Assembly (NCBI GenBank): GCA_905236045.1
Contig: CAJOOG010000078.1
Coordinates: 36,099-100,098, forward strand
Origin: an uncultured Denitrobacterium sp.
GTDB lineage: Bacteria; Actinomycetota; Coriobacteriia; Coriobacteriales; Eggerthellaceae
Reading direction: 5' to 3'
DNA length: 64,000 nucleotides
Shown here: one piece after another, positions 44,704 to 54,503 of the stretch
How the letters are laid out: the number at the start of each line of letters is the position of its first letter
Numbering within the stretch: position 1 is the stretch's first letter
The notes under the pieces: model-generated
Database searches by the model: none
The model's input: the letters and a program-made list of their open reading frames with translations, nothing else
Told to the model about the DNA's origin: nothing
Made by a program: the position numbers and the translations under genes

Positions 44704-45702
44704 ATGGAAACAAATGAATCTATCCTGTCGAAGGGTGTTGTCTCCCTCGACGACCGTAAGCAGATGGGCTCGGTGCGCGATACCATCATCGATTGCGATG
44801 CCATGGGCGTTTCGCATTATCTGGTTACGAGCTCTTCCACCGGCAATGTGCTGGTGCTTCCCTTCGAGAAGTCCATTTCGGTGGGCGATACCTTCATGAC
44901 CATCCAGGACCGCGCGGATTTCCTGGCTAACAACGATCCCGCCGCGTCGGCTGTGCTCGAGGGCAACTTCGACCTGGTGGGCACCAAGGTCTACTCCGTG
45001 GCCGGCAACTTCATCGGGGAAGTCGCCGCGTACGATTTCGACACTTCCACAGGTGCCGTCACCCGCGTCAGCCTGGTGGATGGAGGAGAGTTCACCTCCG
45101 ACCAGTACGTGTTCTTCTCCCAGGACTTCGTGTTCGTGGACGATGGCACGCTCACCGATGCCGCCAAGCGTGCCGGTGCCGCTGCGGGAGAAACTGAGGC
45201 CACTGTCCCTTTAGCTAGTCCGGCCGGTGCTTCCAAGGCCACCGAGCCGGAGCCTGCGAAGCCCGCGTGGAGCAAGCCTGCTGCGAAGGCCGCCCCCGAG
45301 CCCAAGCCCGAGCCGAAGCCGGCCCCCGCGCCTGCGCCGAAGCCGGCTCCCAAGCCGGCCCCCGCGCCTGCGCCGAAGGTGGAATCGGCTCAAGAGGAGC
45401 CTGCCAAGGAAGAGCCCGCTGCGCCCTCTAAGCCTGCACCTGCCAAGGAAAAGCCCGCCCCTGCGCCCGCTAAGGCCGCTCCCAAGCCCGAGCCCGAGCC
45501 CGAGCCGTCCGCTTCCGCCGAGGAAGAGGATCCGGATGCCGTGCTGAAGGCCTTCCTGTTGGGTAAGAAGCTCACCGAGCGCGTGGTCAGCGCCGACGGC
45601 GACTTCGTCCTGGAGGCTGGAGACACCATCAGCGAGGAAGCGCTCGAGAAGGCGCAGGCGGCCGATGCCCTGCTCCTGCTTACGATGAGCGTCGAAGAGT
45701 AG
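44704..45702 (+). CDS. PRC-barrel domain protein (two N-terminal PRC-like barrels, PAPAPKP-type linker, C-terminal domain)
   Basis: ATG at 44704 (METNESILSKGVVSLDD...). Second barrel LVGTKVYSVAGNFIGEVAAYDFDTSTGAVTRVSLVDG. The upstream 50 codons of the track ORF look non-coding. Confidence 0.55.
   Translation: METNESILSKGVVSLDDRKQMGSVRDTIIDCDAMGVSHYLVTSSSTGNVLVLPFEKSISVGDTFMTIQDRADFLANNDPAASAVLEGNFDLVGTKVYSVAGNFIGEVAAYDFDTSTGAVTRVSLVDGGEFTSDQYVFFSQDFVFVDDGTLTDAAKRAGAAAGETEATVPLASPAGASKATEPEPAKPAWSKPAAKAAPEPKPEPKPAPAPAPKPAPKPAPAPAPKVESAQEEPAKEEPAAPSKPAPAKEKPAPAPAKAAPKPEPEPEPSASAEEEDPDAVLKAFLLGKKLTERVVSADGDFVLEAGDTISEEALEKAQAADALLLLTMSVEE
45316..45378 (+). repeat. In-frame 27-nt perfect direct repeat (period 36 nt) encoding KPAPAPAPK units
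   Basis: AAGCCGGCCCCCGCGCCTGCGCCGAAG occurs at 45316-45342 and 45352-45378, inside the PRC-barrel gene linker. Confidence 0.8.
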
Positions 45703-45735
45703 ACCGCTTGGGCACTTCAATCTAAAGTCGTATGG

Positions 45736-45770
45736 ACGGGCGTCGCGCAAGCGGCGCCCGTTTCCTGTTT
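45736..45770 (+). terminator. Intrinsic terminator after the PRC-barrel gene
   Basis: ACGGGCGTCGC-gcaa-GCGGCGCCCGT (11-bp stem with one G-U pair, GNRA tetraloop) followed by TTTCCTGTTT. Confidence 0.8.
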
Positions 45771-45878
45771 GAGGACACGCCATCCGTCAGATTTGCGTTC
45801 CCCGAGGAGCAGGCGTGTTTCGGGCGGCGCCGGCAAAAGCGAAAAGAGAGACATCGGGCAGATGGGTTTGCCTCGGAG

Positions 45879-46658
45879 ATGCGCTTGCATCCAACCTGTC
45901 TGGCGCCGAACAGCACGCTTGGCGGCGATTTGCTGAAGAAATGGAAGATCGTCGACGGGCATCGCATCCTGCTGAAGGCGGGCGTGGGCTTCGTCAATCA
46001 GGAGCCGTACAACGAGGTGGCGGCGACCGAGCTGCACGGGCGCATGATGGCGCCGGAAGAGTTCACTTCCTACCGCCTGTTCGAGGATGCGCGGCGCGTG
46101 TATTCGGCCTGCGACAACCTACTCGGCCCCGACGAGGAGCTCATCGCCGCATGGGACGTCGTCCGCAACGTAAAGCAGCCCAACAACCTCTCCGACTTCC
46201 GTTTCCTCGTCAGTCGTTACGTGCAGCTCGGGCTCGACGAGGATTACGTCATAGAGCAACTGGCGAAGATGTTCGCGGCCGATTTCGTGCTGGCCAACCG
46301 CGATAGGCACTACCGCAACTTCGGCATCGTGCGCAACGTCGAAACGCTTGAGGTCGCGTGCATCGCGCCCGTGTTCGACACCGGGTCGTGTTTGTGGTCG
46401 AACGCCGAGCTGCTCGACGCGCCGATTGACTTCGAGTACAAGGCCAAGCCGTTTAAAGACGTCGGCATGCGTCCGCAGGATCAGGTGGGCTTATTCGAGG
46501 GGCATTTCGGGTGGTTCGATCCTGCGTGCTTGGAAGGCTTCCCCGAGCGCGTCGCCGAGATCCTGGGTCGCAATCCCAACATCGCCGAGCGCCGTATCGC
46601 CACGGTCGAGAGGCAAGTGCGCAAGAACGCCGAGACCCTCGTGCGGCTTGCGCGTTAG
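45879..46658 (+). CDS. HipA_C-like serine/threonine kinase domain protein (short form)
   Basis: ...STLGGDLLKKWKI...DFVLANRDRHYRNFGIV...APVFDTGSCLW... has the HipA C-terminal catalytic (D-R-H-x-x-N) and DxG-type motifs. The start is uncertain. ATG 45879 was chosen because the terminator at 45736-45770 lies inside track ORF 45732... Confidence 0.6.
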   Translation: MRLHPTCLAPNSTLGGDLLKKWKIVDGHRILLKAGVGFVNQEPYNEVAATELHGRMMAPEEFTSYRLFEDARRVYSACDNLLGPDEELIAAWDVVRNVKQPNNLSDFRFLVSRYVQLGLDEDYVIEQLAKMFAADFVLANRDRHYRNFGIVRNVETLEVACIAPVFDTGSCLWSNAELLDAPIDFEYKAKPFKDVGMRPQDQVGLFEGHFGWFDPACLEGFPERVAEILGRNPNIAERRIATVERQVRKNAETLVRLAR

Positions 46659-46789
46659 AATGCCAGTCAGCTATAATTCCCCGCTTCGCGGTCGTTCCGC
46701 AAATCGAGCAGGGCAATTGCCCAGTCAGCCACCCCGATTTGTTGCATAATGGGACGCGTGCGTATTCGCCAACGGCAAGGAGCGGCTCC

Positions 46790-47323
46790 ATGACAATGTT
46801 TGATTACGAGAGCCTTATCACCGACATCCCCGATTATCCCAATCCGGGCGTGGTCTTCAAAGACATCACCACTTTGGTCAAGGACCCGCAGGGGTTCGCC
46901 TGCGCCGTCGACGAGCTTGCGGACCATTTCCGCGATGCCGGCGTCACCAAGGTCGCCGGCGCGGAGGCCCGCGGCTTCATGGTCGCTGCCCCCGTGGCCT
47001 ACAAGCTGGGAGCGGGCTTCGTCCCCGTCCGCAAGCCCGGCAAGCTTCCGCGCGAGGTCTACAGTCAACGCTACGAGCTGGAGTACGGCGCCGATTGCCT
47101 GCAGGTTCATCAAGACGCCTTCAAACCCGACGATGTCGTGCTGCTGGTGGACGACTTGGTGGCAACGGGCGGGACCGCGGTTGCGCAGGTGAAGCTCTGC
47201 GAGCACTTCGGCTGCCGCATCGCCGGCATGGCCTTTCTGATGGAGCTCGATTTCCTGAAGCCGCGCGAGGTCATCGAGGCGGCGACCGATGCCGAGATAT
47301 TCTCGCTCGTCCACGTGAAATAG
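46790..47323 (+). CDS. apt: Adenine phosphoribosyltransferase
   Basis: MTMFDYESLITDIPDYPNPGVVFKDITTL...VLLVDDLVATGGTA (PRPP motif). 177 aa. The upstream part of track ORF 46511.. was rejected. Confidence 0.92.
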   Translation: MTMFDYESLITDIPDYPNPGVVFKDITTLVKDPQGFACAVDELADHFRDAGVTKVAGAEARGFMVAAPVAYKLGAGFVPVRKPGKLPREVYSQRYELEYGADCLQVHQDAFKPDDVVLLVDDLVATGGTAVAQVKLCEHFGCRIAGMAFLMELDFLKPREVIEAATDAEIFSLVHVK

Positions 47324-47365
47324 CGCCGAGCATCGGGCGTCGGGCGAACTCGGCGGCGCCTCTGT

Positions 47366-49147
47366 CTAGGAGCAGCACTCCTGCACCCAGGCGATGAAGT
47401 TCTGCGTGCTGTCGCCTGTGCGCTCGGCGGCGGTGTGTCCCTTGCCCCAGACCGTGGCGAAGTCCACATCCTTCACGCCCTTCGCGCTGAGAGCCGCCAA
47501 TGCGAGGTTGATCTCCGTCGTGCAGGCGGTATCGCCCTGTTCGATGCCGGTGCGGATGCGCCAATGGGCGGCGGGAGTGCTGGTGCCCGCGCCGCCGTAG
47601 CTGCCGGCCAGGTAGTACAGGGGGTTGTAGATGTCCGTGCGCTGCCGCACGGTCTTGCCCAGGTTGTTCTGGTATGCCAGGTCCTCTCTGTAGTCGGAGG
47701 GGTAGGAGCTCTCCCAGCCGGGCAGCGACGCGTAGGTGCTCGCATTGTCCTCCAACAGCTGTGCCATGGTGGCGTCGAAGTGAAGGCCGCCGTTGCCGTC
47801 GTCGCCGAAGACGGCGTTCTCGGCTTGGCTGCGGTCCAAGGCGTCGAAGGCGCCGACGCTCTTGGTGGGGGCCTTGCAGGCGTTCACGAAGCCGGAGAGC
47901 CCGGTGATGGTGGCCGTGTTGGTCGCTTCGTCGTAGATGATCCACTGGCCTTTGGCGTTGAGCTCGGCAATGTAGTCCGAGGCGGTTTCGTAGGCAGTGC
48001 TTTCGGCGCCGCCGTCCGAGGGCCCGTCACCCGAAGCCCCGCTCGAAGGTCCTTCGCCTTGCCCGCCGCCGGCGCCCATGTCCGCCATGGTCTCGTTGCT
48101 GGGCGTGTAGGGGAAGGCCGTGTCCGACAGGAAGTTGTTCAGCGACTGCTCAATCACGCTCTTCACCTGATCGTAATAGGTGCCGCTCGTGTAGATTCCC
48201 TCGCCTCCCTCTGCAAGCTTGAGGGCGGTCCCGTTCGCGGTCAGTCCCAAGCCGTTGATGTAGGAGGCGTAGCTCGCCGCCAGGTCGTTGGAGAGTTGCT
48301 TGGCGAAGCTCCCCTCGGTGCGGCTGCCGCTGCTGGAGAATTGCCCCATATTCCATTCGTAGGCGGCATCGGCCTGGTCGAGGCAGGTGATGGGGCACCA
48401 GCACATCGCGCCGTAGATGGCGTCGGAGACGGGGTTGCCCTCCAGGTCCTCGCTCGGCGCACCGATCATGGCCAGGTAGTCGTCGTAGCCTTCGGCATCT
48501 CCCGAAGCTGCCAGGATGGCGCTTAGGGCACCGCCGCCGCTGTGCCCGAAGCTGAAGATGCGGCTGGCATCGCCGGCGAGGTTGCTGGCATTGGCTCGCA
48601 GCGTGCGCACCGCGGCTTTCAGATCCGTCACGCCCCAGGGGGCGCTGCCCGTGGCGTCGTCGGTCTGCTGGCGGCCGCGGCAACCTGCGTATACGTAGAC
48701 GAAGCCGGCGTCGGTGTAGTCGGCGATGCGGCTGACGTCGTATTCGGTCGGGGCGGCTTGCGCAGAGTATCCCGCCGAGTCGATGGGCATGACGATGGGC
48801 GCGGTGCTTGCGGTGAACCCTCCGACCGAGTTCTTGTCCTTGGGTGCGCAGGTGTAGGTGCCATCCGCATTCTGCGTGGCGTCGAAATAAGCCCCCGGCA
48901 CATAGATGCCCATGCTCTCGTAAGCCGGGGCCTGGGGGTTGGTGCAATAATGCACGCCCAGCTGGTAGTAGATGTCGTTGTCGGAATCGTAGTTCCAGGC
49001 CGAGGTGCTTATGCTCACGGTGGCATTGCTGGTGGAGATCGTGGCGCTGGATTTGCGGCTGCTCTCGGCGACGCAGCCCGCCATGCTGCCCACGGCCAGG
49101 AGGGAACTCGAAGCCAGTAGGACTTCGAAGAAGCGGCGACGAGTCAT
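47366..49147 (-). CDS. Tat-signal lipoprotein alpha/beta hydrolase, tannase-like esterase
   Basis: MTRRRFFEVLLASSSLLAVGSMAGC (twin-arginine plus lipobox). Nucleophile elbow FSFGHSGGGALSA. YYQLGVHYCTNPQAPAYESMGIYVPGAYF resembles bacterial (Lactobacillus/Staphylococcus-type) tannases as I recall them. Family assignment is tentative. Confidence 0.6.
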   Translation of the reverse strand: MTRRRFFEVLLASSSLLAVGSMAGCVAESSRKSSATISTSNATVSISTSAWNYDSDNDIYYQLGVHYCTNPQAPAYESMGIYVPGAYFDATQNADGTYTCAPKDKNSVGGFTASTAPIVMPIDSAGYSAQAAPTEYDVSRIADYTDAGFVYVYAGCRGRQQTDDATGSAPWGVTDLKAAVRTLRANASNLAGDASRIFSFGHSGGGALSAILAASGDAEGYDDYLAMIGAPSEDLEGNPVSDAIYGAMCWCPITCLDQADAAYEWNMGQFSSSGSRTEGSFAKQLSNDLAASYASYINGLGLTANGTALKLAEGGEGIYTSGTYYDQVKSVIEQSLNNFLSDTAFPYTPSNETMADMGAGGGQGEGPSSGASGDGPSDGGAESTAYETASDYIAELNAKGQWIIYDEATNTATITGLSGFVNACKAPTKSVGAFDALDRSQAENAVFGDDGNGGLHFDATMAQLLEDNASTYASLPGWESSYPSDYREDLAYQNNLGKTVRQRTDIYNPLYYLAGSYGGAGTSTPAAHWRIRTGIEQGDTACTTEINLALAALSAKGVKDVDFATVWGKGHTAAERTGDSTQNFIAWVQECCS

Positions 49148-49384
49148 GCCCGCGGCGGAGTCTTGCGCGGACGCGCTGTTCGAGCCGAGCGTACCGGGTG
49201 CGCCGAGCGATTCACCCGCATCGAGCGGGCCTGCGCCGAGTGGGTCGGAGGCGCGAGAAGGGCTGGGAGCGATGGTCATGGGGAGTCTCCTTCAGGTGGA
49301 TGCCATGGGGCAAGTATAGGGTGCGATTCTGAAGATGCGCTGAAGAAACTGAAACCTTCGGCGTGCGAGGGGGCGCCCCAGGCC

Positions 49385-50413
49385 CTAGGACGTCGCGATG
49401 CTCGGGATGGCCACGATGAAGCACGCTCCGCCTTCGGGCAGGTTGTAGGCCTCCACGGTGCCGTCGTGCGCTTCGACCACGCTCTTCACGATGGCCAGCC
49501 CCAAGCCGCTGCCGCCGGTGTTGCGAGCACGGCTGAAGTCGGTGCGGAAGAAGCGCTCGAAGAGCATCTTCGGGTCCGTGTCGCCGAAGCCCGTGCCGTC
49601 GTCTTTCACGGCGATGACGGAATTGCCCTCGATGCCGTAGAGCTCCACGCGGATGTGCCCGCCCGGCTCGATGAAGTGGCTGGCGTTATCCACCAGATTC
49701 GAGACCACCTGCTTCAGACGGTCGCGGTTCCCCAGCACGTCGGGGGCTTCGCCGGCTATCTCCAGATTCGCCCCACGCTCCGCCAGCATGGCGGCCAGGG
49801 CATCGCAGGCCTCTTGGACCAGTGGGCGCAAGTTCACGCGCTCGTAGTTGAGCTCCTGGGCGTCGCCTTCGATGTGCTGCAACGAGAGCAGGTCGTTCAC
49901 CAGATTGGACAGCCGTTCGCTCTCGGTTAGGATCGTATGGGTGAACTTCTCGCGCAGCGCGGGCGGCAGGTCGGGGTCCTCCAGCAGCTCGGCGGTGCCG
50001 TGGATGGCCGTCAGCGGGGTGCGCAGCTCGTGCGCCACGTCGCCGATGAGCTGGCGTTGCTGTTTCTCCTGCCGGGTGAGGTCGGCTAGTTGCGCGTAGG
50101 ACGAATCGAGCAGGCGCTTGTAGTCGGCAGCCAGGTCGTCGGCCTCCTGCAGCGATCCGGCGCCCTCGAAATTCACTTGCGTGTCCCCAGCGCGCCAGGC
50201 GCGAATCTTGGCGGAGAGCTCGGCGAGGGGGCGTGCGATGAAAGAGCCCACGACCAGCGCGAAGAGGAAGACGACCAGCGCGAAGGGCGCGAGCATCCAG
50301 AAGGACGTCAGGTCGATGACGCCGCGGAAACGTGCGACGAAGAGGACGAGCGCCCCCGCCAGCACGGCGATGATGGTGCTGAACAGGGCGAAGTATGTCG
50401 AAAGACGCTTCAC
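49385..50413 (-). CDS. Sensor histidine kinase (2 TM, HAMP, HisKA, HATPase_c)
   Basis: GTG start abutting the regulator stop. H-box AHELRTPLTAI, N-box NLVDNASHF, DDGTGF, GGSGLGLAIV. Confidence 0.9.
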   Translation of the reverse strand: MKRLSTYFALFSTIIAVLAGALVLFVARFRGVIDLTSFWMLAPFALVVFLFALVVGSFIARPLAELSAKIRAWRAGDTQVNFEGAGSLQEADDLAADYKRLLDSSYAQLADLTRQEKQQRQLIGDVAHELRTPLTAIHGTAELLEDPDLPPALREKFTHTILTESERLSNLVNDLLSLQHIEGDAQELNYERVNLRPLVQEACDALAAMLAERGANLEIAGEAPDVLGNRDRLKQVVSNLVDNASHFIEPGGHIRVELYGIEGNSVIAVKDDGTGFGDTDPKMLFERFFRTDFSRARNTGGSGLGLAIVKSVVEAHDGTVEAYNLPEGGACFIVAIPSIATS

Positions 50414-51103
50414 TTAAGCGCGGAAGCGGTATCCGTAGCCGCGCACCGTCTCCACGATCGCGGGGTCGTAGCCCGCTTGGCTTATCTTGTCGCGCAGGCG
50501 TTTGATGTGGGTGTCGACGGTCTTGGTCTCCGTCAGGTACTCCCAGCCCCAGGCGTCACGCAGCAGGTCCTCGCGCGAGACCACGTTGCCGGCGCTCTTC
50601 ATGAGGGCGGCCAGAAGCTCGAATTCGCGCGGGGTCAGATCAATCGGCCCCTTGTCGCCCGCGGCGGTATGGGCGTCCTCGTTGAGCGTGATGCCGCTTG
50701 CGGTTATCTCGCGGTTCGTCTCCATCTTGCCGCTGCCCCTGCGTAGCAGGGCGCGGACGCGGGCGACGAGCTCGCGCAGGCCGAAGGGCTTGCTCAGGTA
50801 GTCGTCCCCGCCGATTTCCAGCCCGACCACTTTGTCGAGTTCCGTGTCGCGGGCGGACAGGAACAGCACCGGTGCGCTCGTGCGACTGCGCAGGCGTCGG
50901 CAGAGCTCGTAGCCGTCCATGCCGGGCAGCATGATATCCAAGATGAACAGGTCGTAGTCTTTCTGCTGGGCCATGGTCAGCGCGTCTTCGCCGTTGTTGG
51001 CGACATCGGCTTCGAATCCCTCTTTGGCCAGGGCGTAGGAGACGAAGTCGGTGATGGTCTGCTCGTCGTCCACGACGAGGATGCTTGCGGCTTTTTCTGG
51101 CAT
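50414..51103 (-). CDS. OmpR-family response regulator
   Basis: ILVVDDEQ..., DLFILDIMLPGMDG, winged-helix VDTHIKRLRDKI...VRGYGYRF. Confidence 0.93.
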   Translation of the reverse strand: MPEKAASILVVDDEQTITDFVSYALAKEGFEADVANNGEDALTMAQQKDYDLFILDIMLPGMDGYELCRRLRSRTSAPVLFLSARDTELDKVVGLEIGGDDYLSKPFGLRELVARVRALLRRGSGKMETNREITASGITLNEDAHTAAGDKGPIDLTPREFELLAALMKSAGNVVSREDLLRDAWGWEYLTETKTVDTHIKRLRDKISQAGYDPAIVETVRGYGYRFRA

Positions 51104-51197
51104 CGGGGCCTCTTCTCGATAGTCGGTTCGGGTGCTCGCGTTTCAGAGTATGATAGCACCCATATTCGGGATAGGCCCGCTTGGAGGGGTGTTTGAC

Positions 51198-51962
51198 ATG
51201 TTGCTGACAATCGACGTGGGCAATACGCACACGGTGCTGGGTTGCTACGATGGCGAAGAGCTGCGGCGCATGTGGCGCGTGAAGACCGATCCCAGCCAGA
51301 CGGCCGACGAGCTGCTGGTAAGCTTGCACGGCCTGCTCGGCGTGGAGGGCATTTGCCCCGAAGACGTGCACGGGCTGAGCCTGGGCAGCGTGGTGCCGGG
51401 ATTGAACAGGTCGTGGCGCAAGGTGGGCGAGGAGCTCTGTGGCTGGCGGGTCCTCTCCGTGGACGAGAAGACCGTGGAGGGCTTGCTCGACGCGAGCGCA
51501 TACGCCAGCACGCCGGGTGCGGACCGTCTAGCCGATGCCGTGGCGGCGCGGATGCTCTACGGCGACCCGGTCGTCGTGGTGGATATGGGCACGGCCACCA
51601 ACATAGAGGTCGTGGGCGACGGCGGACGCTTCTTGGGCGGGGTCATCGCCCCGGGAATCCGGACGGGGGCCGAGAGCCTGGCGGGCCGCACGGCGCTGCT
51701 GCCCGAGGTGGAGCTGCTGGATCCGGGCCATGCGATAGGCGTGGACACGGTGAGCGCCATGCAGATCGGCGTGGTATACGGGCAGGTGGACAGCATAGAC
51801 GGGCTCATCCGACGCATCTGGGAGGAGCTGGGGTGTCAATGCCCGGTCGTGGCTACGGGCGGCTTCGGCGGGTTGCTCGGGGAACTCTCGCGAACGCTGA
51901 CGTGCGTGAATCCAGAGCTTACGCTGCAGGGGCTGCGCCTGATCTACGAGGCTCGCAGCTAG
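51198..51962 (+). CDS. coaX: Type III pantothenate kinase
   Basis: ATG at 51198 after [22 protein letters not shown]..., ...[11 protein letters not shown]..., ...VVATGG... Confidence 0.9.
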   Translation: MLLTIDVGNTHTVLGCYDGEELRRMWRVKTDPSQTADELLVSLHGLLGVEGICPEDVHGLSLGSVVPGLNRSWRKVGEELCGWRVLSVDEKTVEGLLDASAYASTPGADRLADAVAARMLYGDPVVVVDMGTATNIEVVGDGGRFLGGVIAPGIRTGAESLAGRTALLPEVELLDPGHAIGVDTVSAMQIGVVYGQVDSIDGLIRRIWEELGCQCPVVATGGFGGLLGELSRTLTCVNPELTLQGLRLIYEARS

Positions 51963-52138
51963 CGTCGGGGCCGACGGCGAGGCGAGCAACTGCGGCGCTG
52001 TCGCGGCCTGCGTCGCCGTGTGCTCGACGGCCCTGCCGCGGGGCGGACGCGCTCGCGCCTTTCACGATTACGATGCGGGGACTTTCAGCTTCGCGGGGTA
52101 TGATGCTGCTACATTTCCCCGACGAGAAAGGCGAGTGT

Positions 52139-53806
52139 ATGCTGACGGACATCGAGATCGCGCAGGCGACGCAGGCGCTGCCCATCACCGAGATAGCGGA
52201 GGAGATCGGCGTTGCGGAAAAGTACCTGGAAGCCTATGGCAAGTACAAGGCGAAAGTCGATTACAACCTGCTGCGCGAGGAACAGCATGCTCCCGGCAAG
52301 CTCGTCTTGGTGACCGCCATCAACCCCACGCCCGCGGGCGAGGGCAAGACCACCACCAGCGTGGGCCTGGCCGACGGCATGCGCAAGATCGGCAGGAACG
52401 CCGTGCTCGCCCTGCGCGAGCCGAGCCTGGGCCCCGTGTTCGGCATCAAGGGCGGAGCGGCCGGCGGCGGCTACGCGCAGGTCGTTCCCATGGAGGACAT
52501 CAACCTTCACTTCACGGGCGACTTCCACGCCATCGGGGCGGCCAACAACCTTCTTGCGGCGCTGCTCGATGCACGGATCCACAACAACAACGACCTGGGC
52601 ATCGACCCGCGGCGCATCACCTGGAAGCGCGTGGTGGACATGAACGACCGCCAGCTGCGCCATGTGGTGGACGGCCTGGGCGGCAAGGCGCATGGCGTGC
52701 CGCGCGAAGACGGCTTCGACATCACCGTGGCCAGCGAGATAATGGCCATCTTCTGCCTGGCCACCAGCATTACCGACCTCAAGGAGCGCCTGGGCCGCAT
52801 CGTGGTGGGCTACACCTACGAAGACAAGCCCGTGACCGCGCACGACCTGCATGCGGAAGGGGCTATGGCGGCCCTGCTCAAGGACGCGCTCAAGCCGAAC
52901 CTGGTGCAGACGCTCGAGGGCACCCCCGCGTTCGTGCACGGCGGGCCCTTTGCCAACATCGCGCATGGCTGCAACTCCATTATGGCCACGCGCATGGCCA
53001 TGGCCTTGGGCGATTATTGCGTCACCGAGGCCGGCTTCGGCGCGGATCTGGGCGCGGAGAAGTTCCTGGACATCAAGTGCCGCCTGTGCGACTTGAAGCC
53101 CGATGCCGTGGTGGTGGTCGCGACGGTCCGTGCGCTGAAGAACCACGGCGGGGTGGCCAAGGCCGACCTGAACGAGGAAAACCTGGAAGCGTTGGAGCGC
53201 GGCCTGCCTAACCTATTGCAGCATGTGGAGAACATCACCAAGGTCTATCATCTGCCCTGCGTGGTGGCCGTCAACGCCTTCCCGACCGACACCCCCGCCG
53301 AGCTCGAATTGGTGGAGGCCAAGTGCAAGGAGCTGGGCGTGAACGTGGCGCTGTCGGAAGTGTGGGCGCGGGGCGGCGAAGGCGGCACGGCACTGGCGGA
53401 AGAGGTCGTGCGCCTGTGCGAGGAGCCCAACGACTTCGCCTTCAGCTACGAGCTCTCCGGCGGCATCGCCGACAAGATCGAGGCCGTTGCGCGCACTATC
53501 TATCGGGCGGATGGCGTGGACTTCACCGCGGAGGCGAGAAAGCAGATGAAGCAGCTGGAGGACCTGGGCTTCGGCAACATGCCCGTGTGCATGGCGAAGA
53601 CGCAGTACAGCTTCAGCGACGACGCCACCCTGCTCGGCGCCCCGCGCGGCTTCCGCATGACGGTGCGCAACGTGAAGGTCTCCGCCGGCGCCGGCTTCAT
53701 CGTGGCGCTCACGGGCGACATCATGACCATGCCCGGCCTGGGGAAGAACCCGGCTGCCTTCAAGATAGACGTGGACGAGACGGGCAAGATAACGGGCCTG
53801 TTCTAG
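52139..53806 (+). CDS. fhs: Formate--tetrahydrofolate ligase
   Basis: [11 protein letters not shown]...[26 protein letters not shown]...[24 protein letters not shown]...; 555 aa. The 5' 300 codons of track ORF 51242.. overlap coaX out of frame and were rejected. Confidence 0.95.
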   Translation: MLTDIEIAQATQALPITEIAEEIGVAEKYLEAYGKYKAKVDYNLLREEQHAPGKLVLVTAINPTPAGEGKTTTSVGLADGMRKIGRNAVLALREPSLGPVFGIKGGAAGGGYAQVVPMEDINLHFTGDFHAIGAANNLLAALLDARIHNNNDLGIDPRRITWKRVVDMNDRQLRHVVDGLGGKAHGVPREDGFDITVASEIMAIFCLATSITDLKERLGRIVVGYTYEDKPVTAHDLHAEGAMAALLKDALKPNLVQTLEGTPAFVHGGPFANIAHGCNSIMATRMAMALGDYCVTEAGFGADLGAEKFLDIKCRLCDLKPDAVVVVATVRALKNHGGVAKADLNEENLEALERGLPNLLQHVENITKVYHLPCVVAVNAFPTDTPAELELVEAKCKELGVNVALSEVWARGGEGGTALAEEVVRLCEEPNDFAFSYELSGGIADKIEAVARTIYRADGVDFTAEARKQMKQLEDLGFGNMPVCMAKTQYSFSDDATLLGAPRGFRMTVRNVKVSAGAGFIVALTGDIMTMPGLGKNPAAFKIDVDETGKITGLF

Positions 53807-53890
53807 GCGCCCATCCCGGCTGCGGACGAACGGCGCGGCGTCGTTTCGACCCTCCTTCTCCCCGCCTTTCGGTTCCCCGAGGCCCGTGCG

Positions 53891-54442
53891 TTAACGAGCC
53901 GTTTTGCGTGCGCCGAAGCCGGCGCGGACGGCGTGGGCAGTCGGGACGGCGAGTGCTATCTTGATGACGTCGAGCAGGATGAAGGGCGCGACGCCGGCTG
54001 CGAATGCCGCCACCAGCCCCATGCCGGACACGGCGGCCAGCTGCAGCCAGCCCGCGAGGTAGACGACCAGCAGAAAGACCGCAGCGGCGATGCCCTGCGC
54101 CACGAGGCTTTCCGCGCGTTCCTTCGCAATCGCCAGCACGGCCGCCGCGGCAGTCCCTCCGAGCAAAAAGCCCCAGAGAAAGCCGCCGGTCGGCCCCACG
54201 ATCTTCCCGATGCCCCCCGACATGCCGCTGAAAAGGGGCAATCCCACGGCGCCGAGCACCAGGTACAGCGCGATGGCCGAAAGCGACTCGCGCGGCTCGA
54301 GCGCCAGCAGCAGGAAGGTGCAGACGAATACCTGCATGGTGAAAGGCACGGGCCCTAGGGGGATGGTGATCCACGCGGAGACGGCGAGCAGCGCCACGGA
54401 CAAGCCGATGAAGGCAATCGAGCGGGTGTTCGTGTTCGGCAT
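53891..54442 (-). CDS. bioY: Biotin transporter BioY (ECF S-component family)
   Basis: 183 aa, 6 TM. ...ITIPLGPVPFTMQVFVCTFLLLAL...GLPLFSGMSGGIGKIVGPTGGFLWGF... Confidence 0.88.
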   Translation of the reverse strand: MPNTNTRSIAFIGLSVALLAVSAWITIPLGPVPFTMQVFVCTFLLLALEPRESLSAIALYLVLGAVGLPLFSGMSGGIGKIVGPTGGFLWGFLLGGTAAAAVLAIAKERAESLVAQGIAAAVFLLVVYLAGWLQLAAVSGMGLVAAFAAGVAPFILLDVIKIALAVPTAHAVRAGFGARKTAR

Positions 54443-54473
54443 TTCAGTTTCCTTTCTCTTGGATGGCAGCTAT

Positions 54474-54503
54474 TGTAAACCAAAATACTTAGTTGGGTTA
54501 ACA
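54474..54503. promoter_or_regulatory. BirA (biotin repressor)-type operator upstream of bioY
   Basis: TGTAAAC-N16-GTTAACA (TTGTAAACCaaaatacttagttgGGTTAACAA), 32-61 nt upstream of the bioY ATG. The left half is identical to the TTGTAAACC half-site of E. coli bioO as I recall it. Confidence 0.65.

Noticed and set aside
45240-45500. Short periodic DNA repeats (PAPAPKP region) that could be mistaken for a CRISPR-like or tandem-repeat locus; similar EAEA (37480-37660), QAQA (29700-29790) and TAS (1930-2200) tracts
   Set aside because: All are in frame inside well-supported ORFs and encode low-complexity linkers. There is no repeat-spacer architecture and no cas genes.
51963-52138. Possible ZTP/THF-type riboswitch upstream of fhs; possible Moco riboswitch upstream of moaA (56161-56245) or moeA (37668-37777)
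   Set aside because: I could not find the conserved ZTP 3' element (CCGCCTGGG-like) or other signature sequences by eye. The moa/moe spacers (85 and 110 nt) are largely occupied by a hairpin or promoter-like hexamers and look too short for the Moco motif. Rfam cmsearch should confirm.
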